Shown here in pieces: positions 1 to 9,704 of a stretch of 64,000 nucleotides of DNA. Origin of the DNA: Candidatus Woesearchaeota archaeon (GTDB taxonomy: Archaea > Nanobdellota > Nanobdellia > Woesearchaeales > GW2011-AR4); contig JACPBQ010000004.1 in assembly GCA_016180235.1 (NCBI GenBank), forward strand, positions 371,352 to 435,351, in the 5' to 3' direction. The notes under the pieces were generated by a model that ran no database searches, was not told the DNA's origin, and saw only the letters and a list, made by a program, of their open reading frames with translations. The stretch's first letter is position 1. Each line of letters starts with the position of its first letter. Made by a program: the position numbers and the translations under genes.

Positions 1-45
1 AAGAAAGAAGTGGTTGATTTATGGGGTATTATTAAAACAAAGTGA
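1..45 (+). CDS. 3' end of an upstream CDS (partial, unknown product)
   Basis: Frame 1 is open from the window edge (KKEVVDLWGIIKTK*); its TGA at 43-45 overlaps the next ATG at 45 (TGATG coupling). Confidence 0.55.
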   Translation, partial: KKEVVDLWGIIKTK

Positions 46-620
46 TGATAATGGAGCCGATAATATCCAAAAACATCAGGGTAAGGCATCCCGAGCATTT
101 TTCCGTCGGTGAAGGCTCTATTATTGATGATTTCTGCTATTTCTCAACTAAAGTAAAAATAGGGAAAGGAAGCCATATCGCATCCGGATGCTGCATAGCC
201 GGAGGCAAAGACAGGCTGTTTGCCCTTGGAGACTATTGCAGCATATCATCTGGAGTAAAGATATGGTGCACTAGCAATGATTTTGTGAACGATCTTATAA
301 TAATAAAACCAGAAAACATAGACATAGGAGACAAGCCGATCAAAGGCGACGTCATAATCGGAAATTTCTGCGGTGTTGGGGCTAATAGCGTCATTATGCC
401 GGATAATAGGATTCCGGAAGGAGTTTCAATAGGCGCTTTAAGCTTTATTCCCTCAAGATTCAAGTTCAAGCCATGGTCTGTATATGCCGGCATTCCCATA
501 AAGCTGGTAAGGCCAAGAAACCGGGAAAATGTAATGAAGCAACTGAAAACTCTAAAGAGTTTTCGAGGTTCGCCAAAGGCTAATCAGGCAAGGGAAATCG
601 AAAAGAAAACAAAAAATTAG
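45..620 (+). CDS. Hexapeptide-repeat (left-handed beta-helix) acyltransferase, sugar N/O-acetyltransferase
   Basis: Repeats such as VKIGKGSHIA, ALGDYCSISS, VIIGNFCGVGANSVIMP and a C-terminal YAGIP motif; ATG at 45 is coupled to the upstream stop. Confidence 0.85.
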   Translation: MIMEPIISKNIRVRHPEHFSVGEGSIIDDFCYFSTKVKIGKGSHIASGCCIAGGKDRLFALGDYCSISSGVKIWCTSNDFVNDLIIIKPENIDIGDKPIKGDVIIGNFCGVGANSVIMPDNRIPEGVSIGALSFIPSRFKFKPWSVYAGIPIKLVRPRNRENVMKQLKTLKSFRGSPKANQAREIEKKTKN

Positions 621-667
621 CTTACCATGAATAATCTATTCTGCCATGAAGCTGTAAAACCCAGAAA

Positions 668-1780
668 ATGAAAAACTCAAAAATAAAGATACCCTGGTGG
701 GAGCCAAAGATCGGAAAAAGGGAACATGAGCTTATCAAAAGCGTATTGGACAACCATTTTCCAAATGAAGGAAAACTGACAACGCTATTTGAGGAAAAAT
801 TAAGCAAGCTTCTCGGTTGCAGGAATGCCATTGCGGTAAACAATGCAACTTCTGCCATGTTCCTGTCTCTTAAGGCATTGGGCATAGGCCATGGAGACGA
901 GGTAATTGTTCCTGATATAACTTTCATATCAACGGCAAATGCAGTGGAAATGACAGGAGCGAAGCCTGTACTGGTAGATATAAACCCAAAAACACTCAAT
1001 ATGGATCCTGATAAATTTGCAGCCGGCATAACAAAAAAAACCAAAGCAGTCATTCCTGTCCATGTCAGCGGAAGGGCAGCTGAAATAGGAAAAATAATGC
1101 AGATAGCACAGGGAAAAAATATCCATGTTGTGGAAGATGCAGCAGAAGGATTCACATCAAGGCACAGGGGAAAATGCCTGGGAAATTTCGGGATAGCAGG
1201 ATGCTTCTCTTTCTCAGCTGCCAAGACCATAACCACAGGCCAGGGCGGAGCTGTTATTACCAATGATGATAAGGTTGCTGTAAGGTTAAGGGAGCTAAAA
1301 GACCAGGGAAGGCCCACAAGAGGCACAGGAGGCGATGATATCCACAATTCCATCGGCTATAATTTTAAGTTTACCGATCTGCAGGCAGCGGTAGGCCTTG
1401 GGCAGTTGGAGTATCTGGGGGAAAGAGCTGAAAGGCAAAAAAGAAACCATAAACTATACGCTGAAAAGCTGAAAGGCTTGGAAGGCATCTCATTGTTTCA
1501 TTTTGACCTGGAAGGAGGGGAAGTGCCGCAGTGGACAGATGCCGCAGCAGAAAAAAGAAATGAACTGGACAAATATCTGCAAGACAGCGGAATTGACTGC
1601 AGAAGATTCTGGTTTCCGGTCCACACGCAAAAGCCCTACAAGCTTCCTGACGCTAATTTTCCAAACAGTACCAAGATGTCCAAAAAAGCCATCTGGCTTC
1701 CTTCAGCCTTTACCCTTACAGACGATGATGTTATGGCAGTTTGTGCCAAAATAAAAGAATTTTACAAAAATGGTCAATAA
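668..1780 (+). CDS. DegT/DnrJ/EryC1/StrS PLP-dependent NDP-sugar aminotransferase (perosamine synthase-like)
   Basis: GDEVIVPDITFISTANAV, VVEDAAEG and FSFSAAKTITTGQGG (PLP lysine). Confidence 0.93.
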   Translation: MKNSKIKIPWWEPKIGKREHELIKSVLDNHFPNEGKLTTLFEEKLSKLLGCRNAIAVNNATSAMFLSLKALGIGHGDEVIVPDITFISTANAVEMTGAKPVLVDINPKTLNMDPDKFAAGITKKTKAVIPVHVSGRAAEIGKIMQIAQGKNIHVVEDAAEGFTSRHRGKCLGNFGIAGCFSFSAAKTITTGQGGAVITNDDKVAVRLRELKDQGRPTRGTGGDDIHNSIGYNFKFTDLQAAVGLGQLEYLGERAERQKRNHKLYAEKLKGLEGISLFHFDLEGGEVPQWTDAAAEKRNELDKYLQDSGIDCRRFWFPVHTQKPYKLPDANFPNSTKMSKKAIWLPSAFTLTDDDVMAVCAKIKEFYKNGQ

Positions 1781-2546
1781 GAACTTAAAGCTATCAATCC
1801 TGATTCCTGTAAGGAATGAAGCCATAAACATACCGGTAATGCTGAAAATTCTGCATGCGGTTGTCGAAGTGCCCAATGAAATACTGATAGTGTGTGACAG
1901 CAAGGATGACAACAGCATTCCTGCTGTCAAAAAACTGCAGCCGGCCTATCCTAACATAAGACTGGTATACAATAATCTTGGGAAAGGGGTAGCTAATGCA
2001 ATCAAAGCAGGGATAAATGCCTCAAACGGAAAATATATACTTCTTTTTGCCGTTGATGAAGTAGGGCCTGTGCTTGCAATAGACGACATGATTCATCTTA
2101 TGGATAAGGGATGCGACCTGGTGAGCTGCACAAGGTATGCATATGGCGGAAGAAGGCTGGGAGGCTCTTTGATACAAGGCATACTGTCTAAAACAGGAAA
2201 CAGGCTTTTTAGGATGGTTTCAGGCTCTGTCTTTACCGATTCAACGACAGGCATCAAAATGTTCAAGAAATCAATTTTTGAAAAAATAAAAATTGAAGCA
2301 AAACCTGTCGGCTGGGCTGTTGTTTTTGAGCTGGCCATTAAAGCCCAGGCTTTTGGAATGAAGCTTGGGGAAGTCCCTATAATCTCCATTGACAGGCTTT
2401 ATGGCGGCAAATCAACTTTTTCCCTCGGCCCATGGGCCAAAGAGTACTTTAGGTGGTTCCTGTGGGGCATTAAAAACCTTCCAAGAGGCCGCATCAAAAA
2501 GCCGATGGTCAGCATTCCATTGAGCACAGCAACCGGAAAAAAATAA
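1770..2546 (+). CDS. GT2 glycosyltransferase, polyprenol/dolichol-phosphate sugar synthase-like (DPM1/ArnC type)
   Basis: LSILIPVRNEA, DSKDD, DLVSCTRY, FTDSTTGIKMF and ELAIKA ... GEVPI; overlaps the upstream gene. Confidence 0.85.
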   Translation: MVNKNLKLSILIPVRNEAINIPVMLKILHAVVEVPNEILIVCDSKDDNSIPAVKKLQPAYPNIRLVYNNLGKGVANAIKAGINASNGKYILLFAVDEVGPVLAIDDMIHLMDKGCDLVSCTRYAYGGRRLGGSLIQGILSKTGNRLFRMVSGSVFTDSTTGIKMFKKSIFEKIKIEAKPVGWAVVFELAIKAQAFGMKLGEVPIISIDRLYGGKSTFSLGPWAKEYFRWFLWGIKNLPRGRIKKPMVSIPLSTATGKK

Positions 2547-2547
2547 A

Positions 2548-3534
2548 ATGAAAAACAAACAATACCTTGTTACAGGAGGAACCGGATTTATAGGAAGCGC
2601 ATTGGTCCAAAGGCTGGTCAAGGAAGGTTATGATGTAAGGGTTATTGACAATGATATCAGGGGGGCAAAAGAGAGATTAAAGGATGTTGCAGGCAAGATT
2701 GAGCTGGTAAAAGGAGATGTAAGGAACCCGGAGGAAGTGCAAAAAGCATGCAAAGGAAGAGATAGCGTAATACACCTGGCTTACATCAACGGCACGGAAT
2801 ATTTCTATAAAATGCCTGAGCTAGTCCTGGAAGTTGCGGTAAAAGGCATGATAAATGTCATTGACGGCTGCATCAAGGAAAATGTCAAGGAGCTGATTTT
2901 AGCCTCAAGCTCTGAAGTTTATCAGACAGCAGAAAAAACACCAACAGATGAAACAGCACAATTGGTCATTCCAGATCCACTTAATCCAAGATATTCTTAT
3001 GGTGGTGGTAAGATAATAAGCGAACTTATGGCCCTAAATTACGGCATAAAGTATTTTGACAGGGTTATTGTTTTCAGACCCCATAATGTTTACGGCCCTG
3101 AAATGGGATGGGAGCACGTGATACCGCAGTTTGTTCTGAGGATGAAATCGTTATGCCAGAAAAACAAGAGCCAAAAAATAAGATTTCCCATACAAGGGAC
3201 TGGAAAAGAAACCAGGGCTTTCTGCTTCATAGACGATTTTATTGATGGATTAATGCTGGTCCTGGAAAAAGGGGAGCATCTCAGCATATATCATATAGGG
3301 ACTATGGAAGAAATTTCTATAAAGAAAGTTGCAGAGGGTGTTGGAAAATACTTTGGCAGGGAGGTGGAAATTGTGCCGGGAGAAGCGGCTAAAGGCGGGA
3401 CAGCAAGAAGATGCCCGGACATATCAAAATTAAAAAAATTAGGCTATAATCCAAAAATGCCATTTCATAAAGGATTAAAGATCACAGCAGAGTGGTACGA
3501 CAAAAATTCCGGCAGAGTCAGGAAGATACAATAA
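2548..3534 (+). CDS. NAD-dependent epimerase/dehydratase (extended SDR)
   Basis: GGTGFIG, SSSEVY, YGGGK (YxxxK) and RPHNVYGP. Confidence 0.92.
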   Translation: MKNKQYLVTGGTGFIGSALVQRLVKEGYDVRVIDNDIRGAKERLKDVAGKIELVKGDVRNPEEVQKACKGRDSVIHLAYINGTEYFYKMPELVLEVAVKGMINVIDGCIKENVKELILASSSEVYQTAEKTPTDETAQLVIPDPLNPRYSYGGGKIISELMALNYGIKYFDRVIVFRPHNVYGPEMGWEHVIPQFVLRMKSLCQKNKSQKIRFPIQGTGKETRAFCFIDDFIDGLMLVLEKGEHLSIYHIGTMEEISIKKVAEGVGKYFGREVEIVPGEAAKGGTARRCPDISKLKKLGYNPKMPFHKGLKITAEWYDKNSGRVRKIQ

Positions 3535-3575
3535 AAAATATCTGCAATCAATAATAAAAAACCATAAAACAAAAA

Positions 3576-4814
3576 ATGAAGACAAGCAAAGTTGTGGAGA
3601 ATTGCCAAGTCTGCGGCAGTAGTAAGTTAGAACCTATCATATTTCTGGGCTATCTCCCACCGGTCAACCAGTTTCATACTATCGGCCAAAAACCCCATGA
3701 ACAGCCAAGCTATCCTGCTCAGCTTCTTTATTGCGCAAAATGCCATTTGGTGCAGCTGGGGCTGGTTGTAGACCCTAAAATACTTTTCCCAAAGGAGTAT
3801 CCATACACAAGCAGCACAACGAAAATACTGAGGGAAAATTTTGCAGAATTATACACGGAATGCACTTCTATTATTAATTTAAACAAAAATGACCTGATTA
3901 TTGACATAGGATCCAATGACGGCAATTTATTGAGCAATTTTAAGGACAATCACAGGGTTTTGGGAATAACTCCGGAAGATATCGGCAAAATTGCCATAGA
4001 ACGCGGAATTCCGACAATATTAGATTATTTCAATGAAGATACTGTTAAAAAAATAAAAAAAGAGCACGGCAAAGCAAGAGTAATCACAGCAACAAATGTA
4101 TTTGCCCATATTGAAGATATAAATAAAATAACAAAACTAATTCTTGAATTATTGGCGGATGATGGGGTTTTTATTTCAGAATCACATTATTTATTGCCAT
4201 TGATAAAGACTTTGCAGTACGACACAATATATCATGAGCATCTGAGATATTACTCTTTGCATAGCCTGAAATATCTGCTGGAGAAGCATGGATTGGAAAT
4301 AATACATGCAAAAGAAATTCCGACGCACGGAGGCTCGATAAGGGTTTATGCTGCAAGAAAAGGAAAGCATGATATCAAAAGCACTGTTAAAACACTGCTT
4401 GAAAAGGAAAAAAACACAGTGACAGACAAAAAAAATCTTCTGCAGTTCAAAAATAAAGTTGTCGTCTCAAAGCTGGAGCTGCATTCCCTGCTTCTTGGGA
4501 TCAAAAAACACGGGGGAAAAATCTACGGCATTGGCGCTCCTTCCAGGGCAAGCACATTAATAAACTATACAGGGATTGATGATGGGATTTTAGACTGCAT
4601 TTTAGAGGTAAAGGGCTCACATAAGATAGGCAAATATATGCCCGGGACATTAGTTCCAGTACTTGAGGAATCCAAGCTGTTTGAGGACCAGCCGGAATAC
4701 GCCATGATGCTTTCTTGGCATATAGCAGATGAGCTGGCTCCAAAACTCCGGCAGAGAGGATTCAAAGGGAAATTCATTGTGCCTCTTCCATCTCCAAAAA
4801 TACTGGATGCCTGA
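3576..4814 (+). CDS. NDP-hexose 3-C-methyltransferase (SAM-dependent, zinc-finger N-terminus)
   Basis: N-terminal CQVC...CAKC zinc site, YPYTSSTT, DIGSNDG, TNVFAH, YDTIYHEH and C-terminal YGIGAPSRAST; this architecture matches the EryBIII/TcaB9/NovU-type sugar C-methyltransferases. Confidence 0.88.
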   Translation: MKTSKVVENCQVCGSSKLEPIIFLGYLPPVNQFHTIGQKPHEQPSYPAQLLYCAKCHLVQLGLVVDPKILFPKEYPYTSSTTKILRENFAELYTECTSIINLNKNDLIIDIGSNDGNLLSNFKDNHRVLGITPEDIGKIAIERGIPTILDYFNEDTVKKIKKEHGKARVITATNVFAHIEDINKITKLILELLADDGVFISESHYLLPLIKTLQYDTIYHEHLRYYSLHSLKYLLEKHGLEIIHAKEIPTHGGSIRVYAARKGKHDIKSTVKTLLEKEKNTVTDKKNLLQFKNKVVVSKLELHSLLLGIKKHGGKIYGIGAPSRASTLINYTGIDDGILDCILEVKGSHKIGKYMPGTLVPVLEESKLFEDQPEYAMMLSWHIADELAPKLRQRGFKGKFIVPLPSPKILDA

Positions 4815-4816
4815 AA

Positions 4817-6838
4817 ATGATAGAGATATTATTGTTAATATTTTTTGCAATAGGAATCTTCTTAATCGGGCTATTTTCAATTTCAGCAATCCTGCCAAAT
4901 CCAGGCACTTTCCAGAAAATCCTGTATGCATTTCCGCTTGGAATCGGAATCATCACTATTGTTTTTTATTCGCTGAACACCTTATTAAAATTTAAGCTCA
5001 CTTCATATTCAGTATGGGCTGTTCTTTTCGTGATTTTGATAATTGCATTTGCCATTTTTCATACTCTTAAAAAAAGAAATTATAGTTTAAAACCGGGCTA
5101 TTTTACCAATTCTTTCAGGAGCTTCAAAAGCCTTTCACCGTCATACAAGCTAATTGCCCTTTCATTAGGAATCCTGCTTATTGTAATGCTAATCCATGCG
5201 ATAATAGTGCCTGTCTATAAGCATGATGCGTTTTTATACCATCTTCCGATTGCAAAAGAGACATTCCTTACAGGCTATTTTCCCGAGCAGATATCGGCTT
5301 CTTACCTGGAATTTGAGCGGGCTTATCCGCCATTGGGCTATTTCAGCTATGCCCTGTTTTACCTGGCACAAGGCAAAGAGAATCTCCTTATAGTAAAACT
5401 GCTTCCATTCGCCTATGGAATACTTCTTCTTGGAATAGTATATCATTTAACCAGATTTATTCTCAAAAGAAGCATAGAAGCCTCAATAATTGCTATGGTG
5501 CTTGTCTTGGCGTCCTATTATTTTTCCAACATGGCCATATTTGAAAACACTGACATCTATACCGGGTTTTATTATGCGGCCGCAGCCTCGCTTCTTCTCC
5601 AGTTTTTCCAGTCCTATAAGCCGTCATATTTCTATGTGGCAGTTATAATGGCAGGCTTATCCTATTGGACGAAATATACCGGACTTGTATGGATAGCCTC
5701 GTTTTTTATCATATCTGTTTTCCTTTATCTCCGCGCCGGGCATAAAAGAGCAAAAATGAACAAATGGCTCTTAACCGGAGCTATTCTTGGCTTTCTTTTA
5801 ATTTTCCCGCACCTGCTAAATAATTACATGATTACTGGAAATCCAATATTTCCACTATTTGACTCTGCAATCGGCAGAAGCGATCCATGGTACCAAGAGA
5901 ATGTCCTATCGGTAATAATGTCACGGCAAATGCCGCAAATCCCATTTGACCTTTTATTCAGGCATGGGGTATTAATCTTTCCCCTATTGATCTCATGGAT
6001 CATATACTCGAAAAAAAACTTTCCGGAAAAATTCATCTTTTCAGTATCGGCCATATCTTTGTTATTTTGGATCCTTTTTTTTCAGGGAGATTCTATACTT
6101 GCTCCCAATACTTATCTTTACCTTGTAGGCCCGTATATTCTTTTATGCGCTGTTGCCAGCCAGACATTCACAAATTTTTTAAGCAAAAAGCCATTGAGAA
6201 TCTCCAGAGGCATATCTTTAGCCTATTTTGCTTTCCTGCTTTTCCTTGCTGTGTCGTTTTTTGCGCATGGATTATACGGAAATATAGGATATACCCGTGT
6301 TCCTGAATATATCCTAGCAATGGCAGTCCTTGCCATACTGTTCCTTTACCCGTTTGTTCACCTGAAGAAGGATTTTGCCCTGGCTCAATTTGGCGTTGTA
6401 ATAGTGATGCTTTTGCCATTTATCCTGAGCCTGGCTGTCTACCCTTTAAAATTCGCCGGAACAGGAGAGCTGGGCAAGGATATAGCGTACAGCTATTATG
6501 AGCCTTCATACAGTTGGATGAAAAATAATCTTTCTCCTGACGACCTAATCCTTACTTTTCATGGCCGGCTTTATCTTCTTACTGCCGATTATATCCCTGT
6601 GGATTCACCTAAAATAATTGAAGCGTATCAAACAGAGTCTTTGGACAGGGCAGTCAAAATCCTTTCTGAGAACGGAATCACATATATTTTCATTTCAGAG
6701 CATTCCAGGGAAATCCCATTGTTCGGCAAATCAATAATCTTCCAGAACCTTGACAGCAATTATTTTACCGAGGTTTTTTCAGAAAATGAGTCAGAGCTGA
6801 AAGTCTCCATTTACAGGATAAACTATAATATGGATTAA
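4817..6838 (+). CDS. Multi-pass membrane protein, GT-C-fold glycosyltransferase-like (ArnT/PMT type)
   Basis: More than 12 hydrophobic segments, first-loop DAFLYHLPIAK, YPP, WTKYTG and a soluble C-terminal domain. Confidence 0.7.
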   Translation: MIEILLLIFFAIGIFLIGLFSISAILPNPGTFQKILYAFPLGIGIITIVFYSLNTLLKFKLTSYSVWAVLFVILIIAFAIFHTLKKRNYSLKPGYFTNSFRSFKSLSPSYKLIALSLGILLIVMLIHAIIVPVYKHDAFLYHLPIAKETFLTGYFPEQISASYLEFERAYPPLGYFSYALFYLAQGKENLLIVKLLPFAYGILLLGIVYHLTRFILKRSIEASIIAMVLVLASYYFSNMAIFENTDIYTGFYYAAAASLLLQFFQSYKPSYFYVAVIMAGLSYWTKYTGLVWIASFFIISVFLYLRAGHKRAKMNKWLLTGAILGFLLIFPHLLNNYMITGNPIFPLFDSAIGRSDPWYQENVLSVIMSRQMPQIPFDLLFRHGVLIFPLLISWIIYSKKNFPEKFIFSVSAISLLFWILFFQGDSILAPNTYLYLVGPYILLCAVASQTFTNFLSKKPLRISRGISLAYFAFLLFLAVSFFAHGLYGNIGYTRVPEYILAMAVLAILFLYPFVHLKKDFALAQFGVVIVMLLPFILSLAVYPLKFAGTGELGKDIAYSYYEPSYSWMKNNLSPDDLILTFHGRLYLLTADYIPVDSPKIIEAYQTESLDRAVKILSENGITYIFISEHSREIPLFGKSIIFQNLDSNYFTEVFSENESELKVSIYRINYNMD

Positions 6839-6960
6839 AACCTGCAAATGCACTTGGAAATGGCTTGATTTTCTTGAGCTGAAGCAACAAGGTGTAGTCA
6901 ATAGCGATTTCCAATATATTAGCCGCATTATAGTTGCGGAATTTAATATCCGTGCCTATA

Positions 6961-6977
6961 AAAGCAAATATTTAAAA
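6961..6977 (+). promoter_or_regulatory. Archaeal BRE/TATA promoter of the flippase
   Basis: aaagcaaata-tttaaaa, with the TATA starting 29 nt before ATG 7000; the same 12-mer aaagcaaatatt precedes acpS (57366-57377). Confidence 0.6.
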
Positions 6978-6999
6978 TTAATGGGCACACTCTAAGCAC

Positions 7000-8544
7000 A
7001 TGGAAAAATCAGAGTCTCATGCAATAAAGAAAGTTGCCAAAGGCGGAGTCATAATCTTTGTTGCCATCATGCTGTCTTCTCTTGCTTTCCTTCTTTACAG
7101 GATAATTGCAGCCAGGTACCTGGGCCCTTCAGACTACGGAATGCTTACCCTCGGAGTAGTTATCCTGAAGATAACAACCATATTCGGGCTTCTTGGCATA
7201 CACATGAGCATTGGCAAGTTCATAAGCCATTATCTTGCCAGGAAACAATACGGCGAAGCGAAAGGGCTGCTGATTGCAAGCTTCTCAGTCACGATATTTT
7301 TCAGCCTTTTCCTGTTCTTCCTGCTTTATGCACTTTCCGGATTTATAGAGCAGAATATACTCAGGATAGAGGGCATTTCCGCAGTCATAAAGATATTTTC
7401 CCTGGGCATCCCGTTCAGCGTAATAACACAATTATTCATTTACTATTTTTTTGCATTCAAGAAGCCGGAATACGCGATAATATCGGAAAGCATTTTTGAG
7501 AAAACAGCTAATCTGTTGTTCCTACTGTTCGCAATATTCATTTCAGCATCCGTATACTTTTTGAGCATAGGCTACATACTCTCTCTGGTAGTTTCTTCTA
7601 TTGTCGGAATATTCCTGTTCAGGTCAAAAATACTGCCGTTCTTTAAAAAAGCGATAAAGCCGATTTTTGAGCTGAGGCAAATGATATACTTCTCTTTCCC
7701 CCTGATGATTGCAGGCGTCCTGGGAGCGGCGCTTGCATGGACAGACACAATCTTTATCGGAATATACAGGCCAAGCAGCGATGTCGGCATCTATAGCGCA
7801 GCATACCTTATTGCTTCCTCGCTCATGATAATCTGGGCATCGTTCGGAGAGATATTTTATCCGATAATCTCTGAGCAGTATGCAAAGAGGGCAAAATCCT
7901 CGATATCCAGGATTTTTGAAGCAGCCTCAAGGTGGATATTCATAATTACACTTCCAATCTTCATCTTCATCTTGGCATTCCCTACCAGGACTTTATCCCT
8001 GGTTTTCGGGGATAGTTTCCTGGAAGCTAACCTGCCGCTTTCAATATTGATTCTGGGCTATTTCGTCATAACAATATCCGGGCTTACAGACCAGGGGCTG
8101 CGCACATTCAAGATGACTAAATTTATTGGTGTCTCGACATTTGCCTCATTTTTGATGAACATACTGCTGAATTTCCTGCTGGTGCCAAGCTACGGGATGA
8201 TGGGAGCGGCAATAGCAACTTCAATAACCATAATAACATTCTCAATAATAAGGATCATAGTCTTCAAGAGAATCCTTAGATTTAAGTTTGAGCTAAAGCT
8301 TTATTTCAGATACATCTTATTAGCCATTATATCCTTTTTCCTGATATTTTACGCATTCAGGCTTTTCAGCCTGCTAAGCACATTTTTCTTCATTATAGCC
8401 ATAATGCTGTATTTGATATCTTATTTTGCCCTGATTATTTTTTCAAAGTCATTCTCAAAAGAGGATGCTGCGGTGCTTCAGGCGCTTGAGCGAAAAATCG
8501 GGATATCAATACCGTTTCTTGAGAGAATATTAAAAGCGAAATAG
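7000..8544 (+). CDS. Polysaccharide flippase (Wzx/MOP superfamily)
   Basis: About 14 TM segments; IAARYLGPSDYG, WTDTIFIGIY..SSDVGIYSAA and LNFLLVPSYGMMGAAIAT. Confidence 0.92.
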   Translation: MEKSESHAIKKVAKGGVIIFVAIMLSSLAFLLYRIIAARYLGPSDYGMLTLGVVILKITTIFGLLGIHMSIGKFISHYLARKQYGEAKGLLIASFSVTIFFSLFLFFLLYALSGFIEQNILRIEGISAVIKIFSLGIPFSVITQLFIYYFFAFKKPEYAIISESIFEKTANLLFLLFAIFISASVYFLSIGYILSLVVSSIVGIFLFRSKILPFFKKAIKPIFELRQMIYFSFPLMIAGVLGAALAWTDTIFIGIYRPSSDVGIYSAAYLIASSLMIIWASFGEIFYPIISEQYAKRAKSSISRIFEAASRWIFIITLPIFIFILAFPTRTLSLVFGDSFLEANLPLSILILGYFVITISGLTDQGLRTFKMTKFIGVSTFASFLMNILLNFLLVPSYGMMGAAIATSITIITFSIIRIIVFKRILRFKFELKLYFRYILLAIISFFLIFYAFRLFSLLSTFFFIIAIMLYLISYFALIIFSKSFSKEDAAVLQALERKIGISIPFLERILKAK

Positions 8545-8635
8545 CGGGTTAAATTTTCTACGTATTTATACTTATTATTTTAGCCTGGGATAGAACTAAT
8601 TAGATAAAATTAAAACCAAATTTAATCTTCAATCC

Positions 8636-8697
8636 GCTCCGCAATTATAGTGGCTAGGCTCGCTCTCTAGCATAACGCTCGCCTAGCCTATTTATTC
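8636..8697 (+). repeat. Intergenic hairpin repeat, family copy A
   Basis: gctccgcaattatagt-ggctaggc-(21 nt)-gcctagcc-t-atttattc; matches the reverse complement of 23731-23791. Confidence 0.8.
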
Positions 8698-8720
8698 TCC
8701 TCTGTTATTTATGCATTAAC

Positions 8721-8728
8721 TTTATAAA
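8721..8728 (+). promoter_or_regulatory. TATA box of the rfbBA unit
   Basis: tttataaa starts 30 nt upstream of ATG 8751. Confidence 0.6.
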
Positions 8729-8750
8729 TCTCCCTATATTCTTTTTTGCC

Positions 8751-9704
8751 ATGAAACTGCTCGTGACCGGGGGCTGCGGGTTTATCGGAAGCAATTTTAT
8801 CAGGCAGACCCTTAAAAAACATCCTGATTACAGAATCATCAATCTTGACAAGCTTACATATGCCGGAAACCCGGAAAACCTCAAGGATATTGAAGGTAAA
8901 AAGAACTACAGGTTTATCAAAGGCGATATATGCGACCCAAAGATAGTATCTGATGCAGTAAAAAATGCCGATGTTGTGATAAATTTCGCTGCAGAAAGCC
9001 ATGTTGACAGGTCTATAGCAGATGCGGACCCTTTTTTACAGACAAACATCATGGGCACGCATGTTCTTCTTAAGGCAGCCTTGAAATTCAACAAAAAATT
9101 CCTGCAGATAAGCACCGATGAGGTTTACGGAAGCATTGATCAGGGTTCTTTTACTGAAAATTCCAATCTCAGCCCAAGCAGCCCTTATTCCGCAAGCAAG
9201 GCAGCTGCAGACCTTTTGTGCTTATCGTACTTTATTACTCACAAGCTTAAAGTCAATATCGTAAGAAGCACAAACAATTTTGGGCCATACCAATATCCTG
9301 AAAAAATAATCCCGCTTTTCATCACCAACCTTTTGGAAGGAAAGAAAGTACCTGTGTACGGAGACGGCAAGAATGTAAGGGACTGGCTTTATGTCGCTGA
9401 CAACTGCGAAGCTATAGACCTGGCGCTGCATAAAGGCAAGGAAGGCGAGATTTTCAACATCTCTTCCGGCAAAGAGATGGAAAACATATGGCTTGCTGAA
9501 ATGCTGATTGAGCATGCCGGGAAAGACAAGTCTTACATGCAATATGTTGAGGACAGGAAAGGGCATGACCGGCGCTATTCACTGGACTCAAAAAAAATAC
9601 GGGCTTTGGGATGGAAACCGAAATTCAGATTTGAGGAAGCTTTAAAAATGACTATTGATTGGTACAAGGATAACAAGGCTTGGTGGGGGAAACTAAAAAA
9701 ATGA
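8751..9704 (+). CDS. rfbB: dTDP-glucose 4,6-dehydratase
   Basis: GGCGFIGSNF, DKLTYAGN, AESHVDRSI, STDEVYG, YSASK and DRKGHDRRY. Confidence 0.96.
   Translation: MKLLVTGGCGFIGSNFIRQTLKKHPDYRIINLDKLTYAGNPENLKDIEGKKNYRFIKGDICDPKIVSDAVKNADVVINFAAESHVDRSIADADPFLQTNIMGTHVLLKAALKFNKKFLQISTDEVYGSIDQGSFTENSNLSPSSPYSASKAAADLLCLSYFITHKLKVNIVRSTNNFGPYQYPEKIIPLFITNLLEGKKVPVYGDGKNVRDWLYVADNCEAIDLALHKGKEGEIFNISSGKEMENIWLAEMLIEHAGKDKSYMQYVEDRKGHDRRYSLDSKKIRALGWKPKFRFEEALKMTIDWYKDNKAWWGKLKK

Noticed and set aside
622-1353. 243-aa minus-strand ORF, and the many other 60-200 aa antisense or overlapping ORFs in the track
   Set aside because: They are shadows of well-supported genes on the opposite strand or in another frame, with no recognisable motifs.
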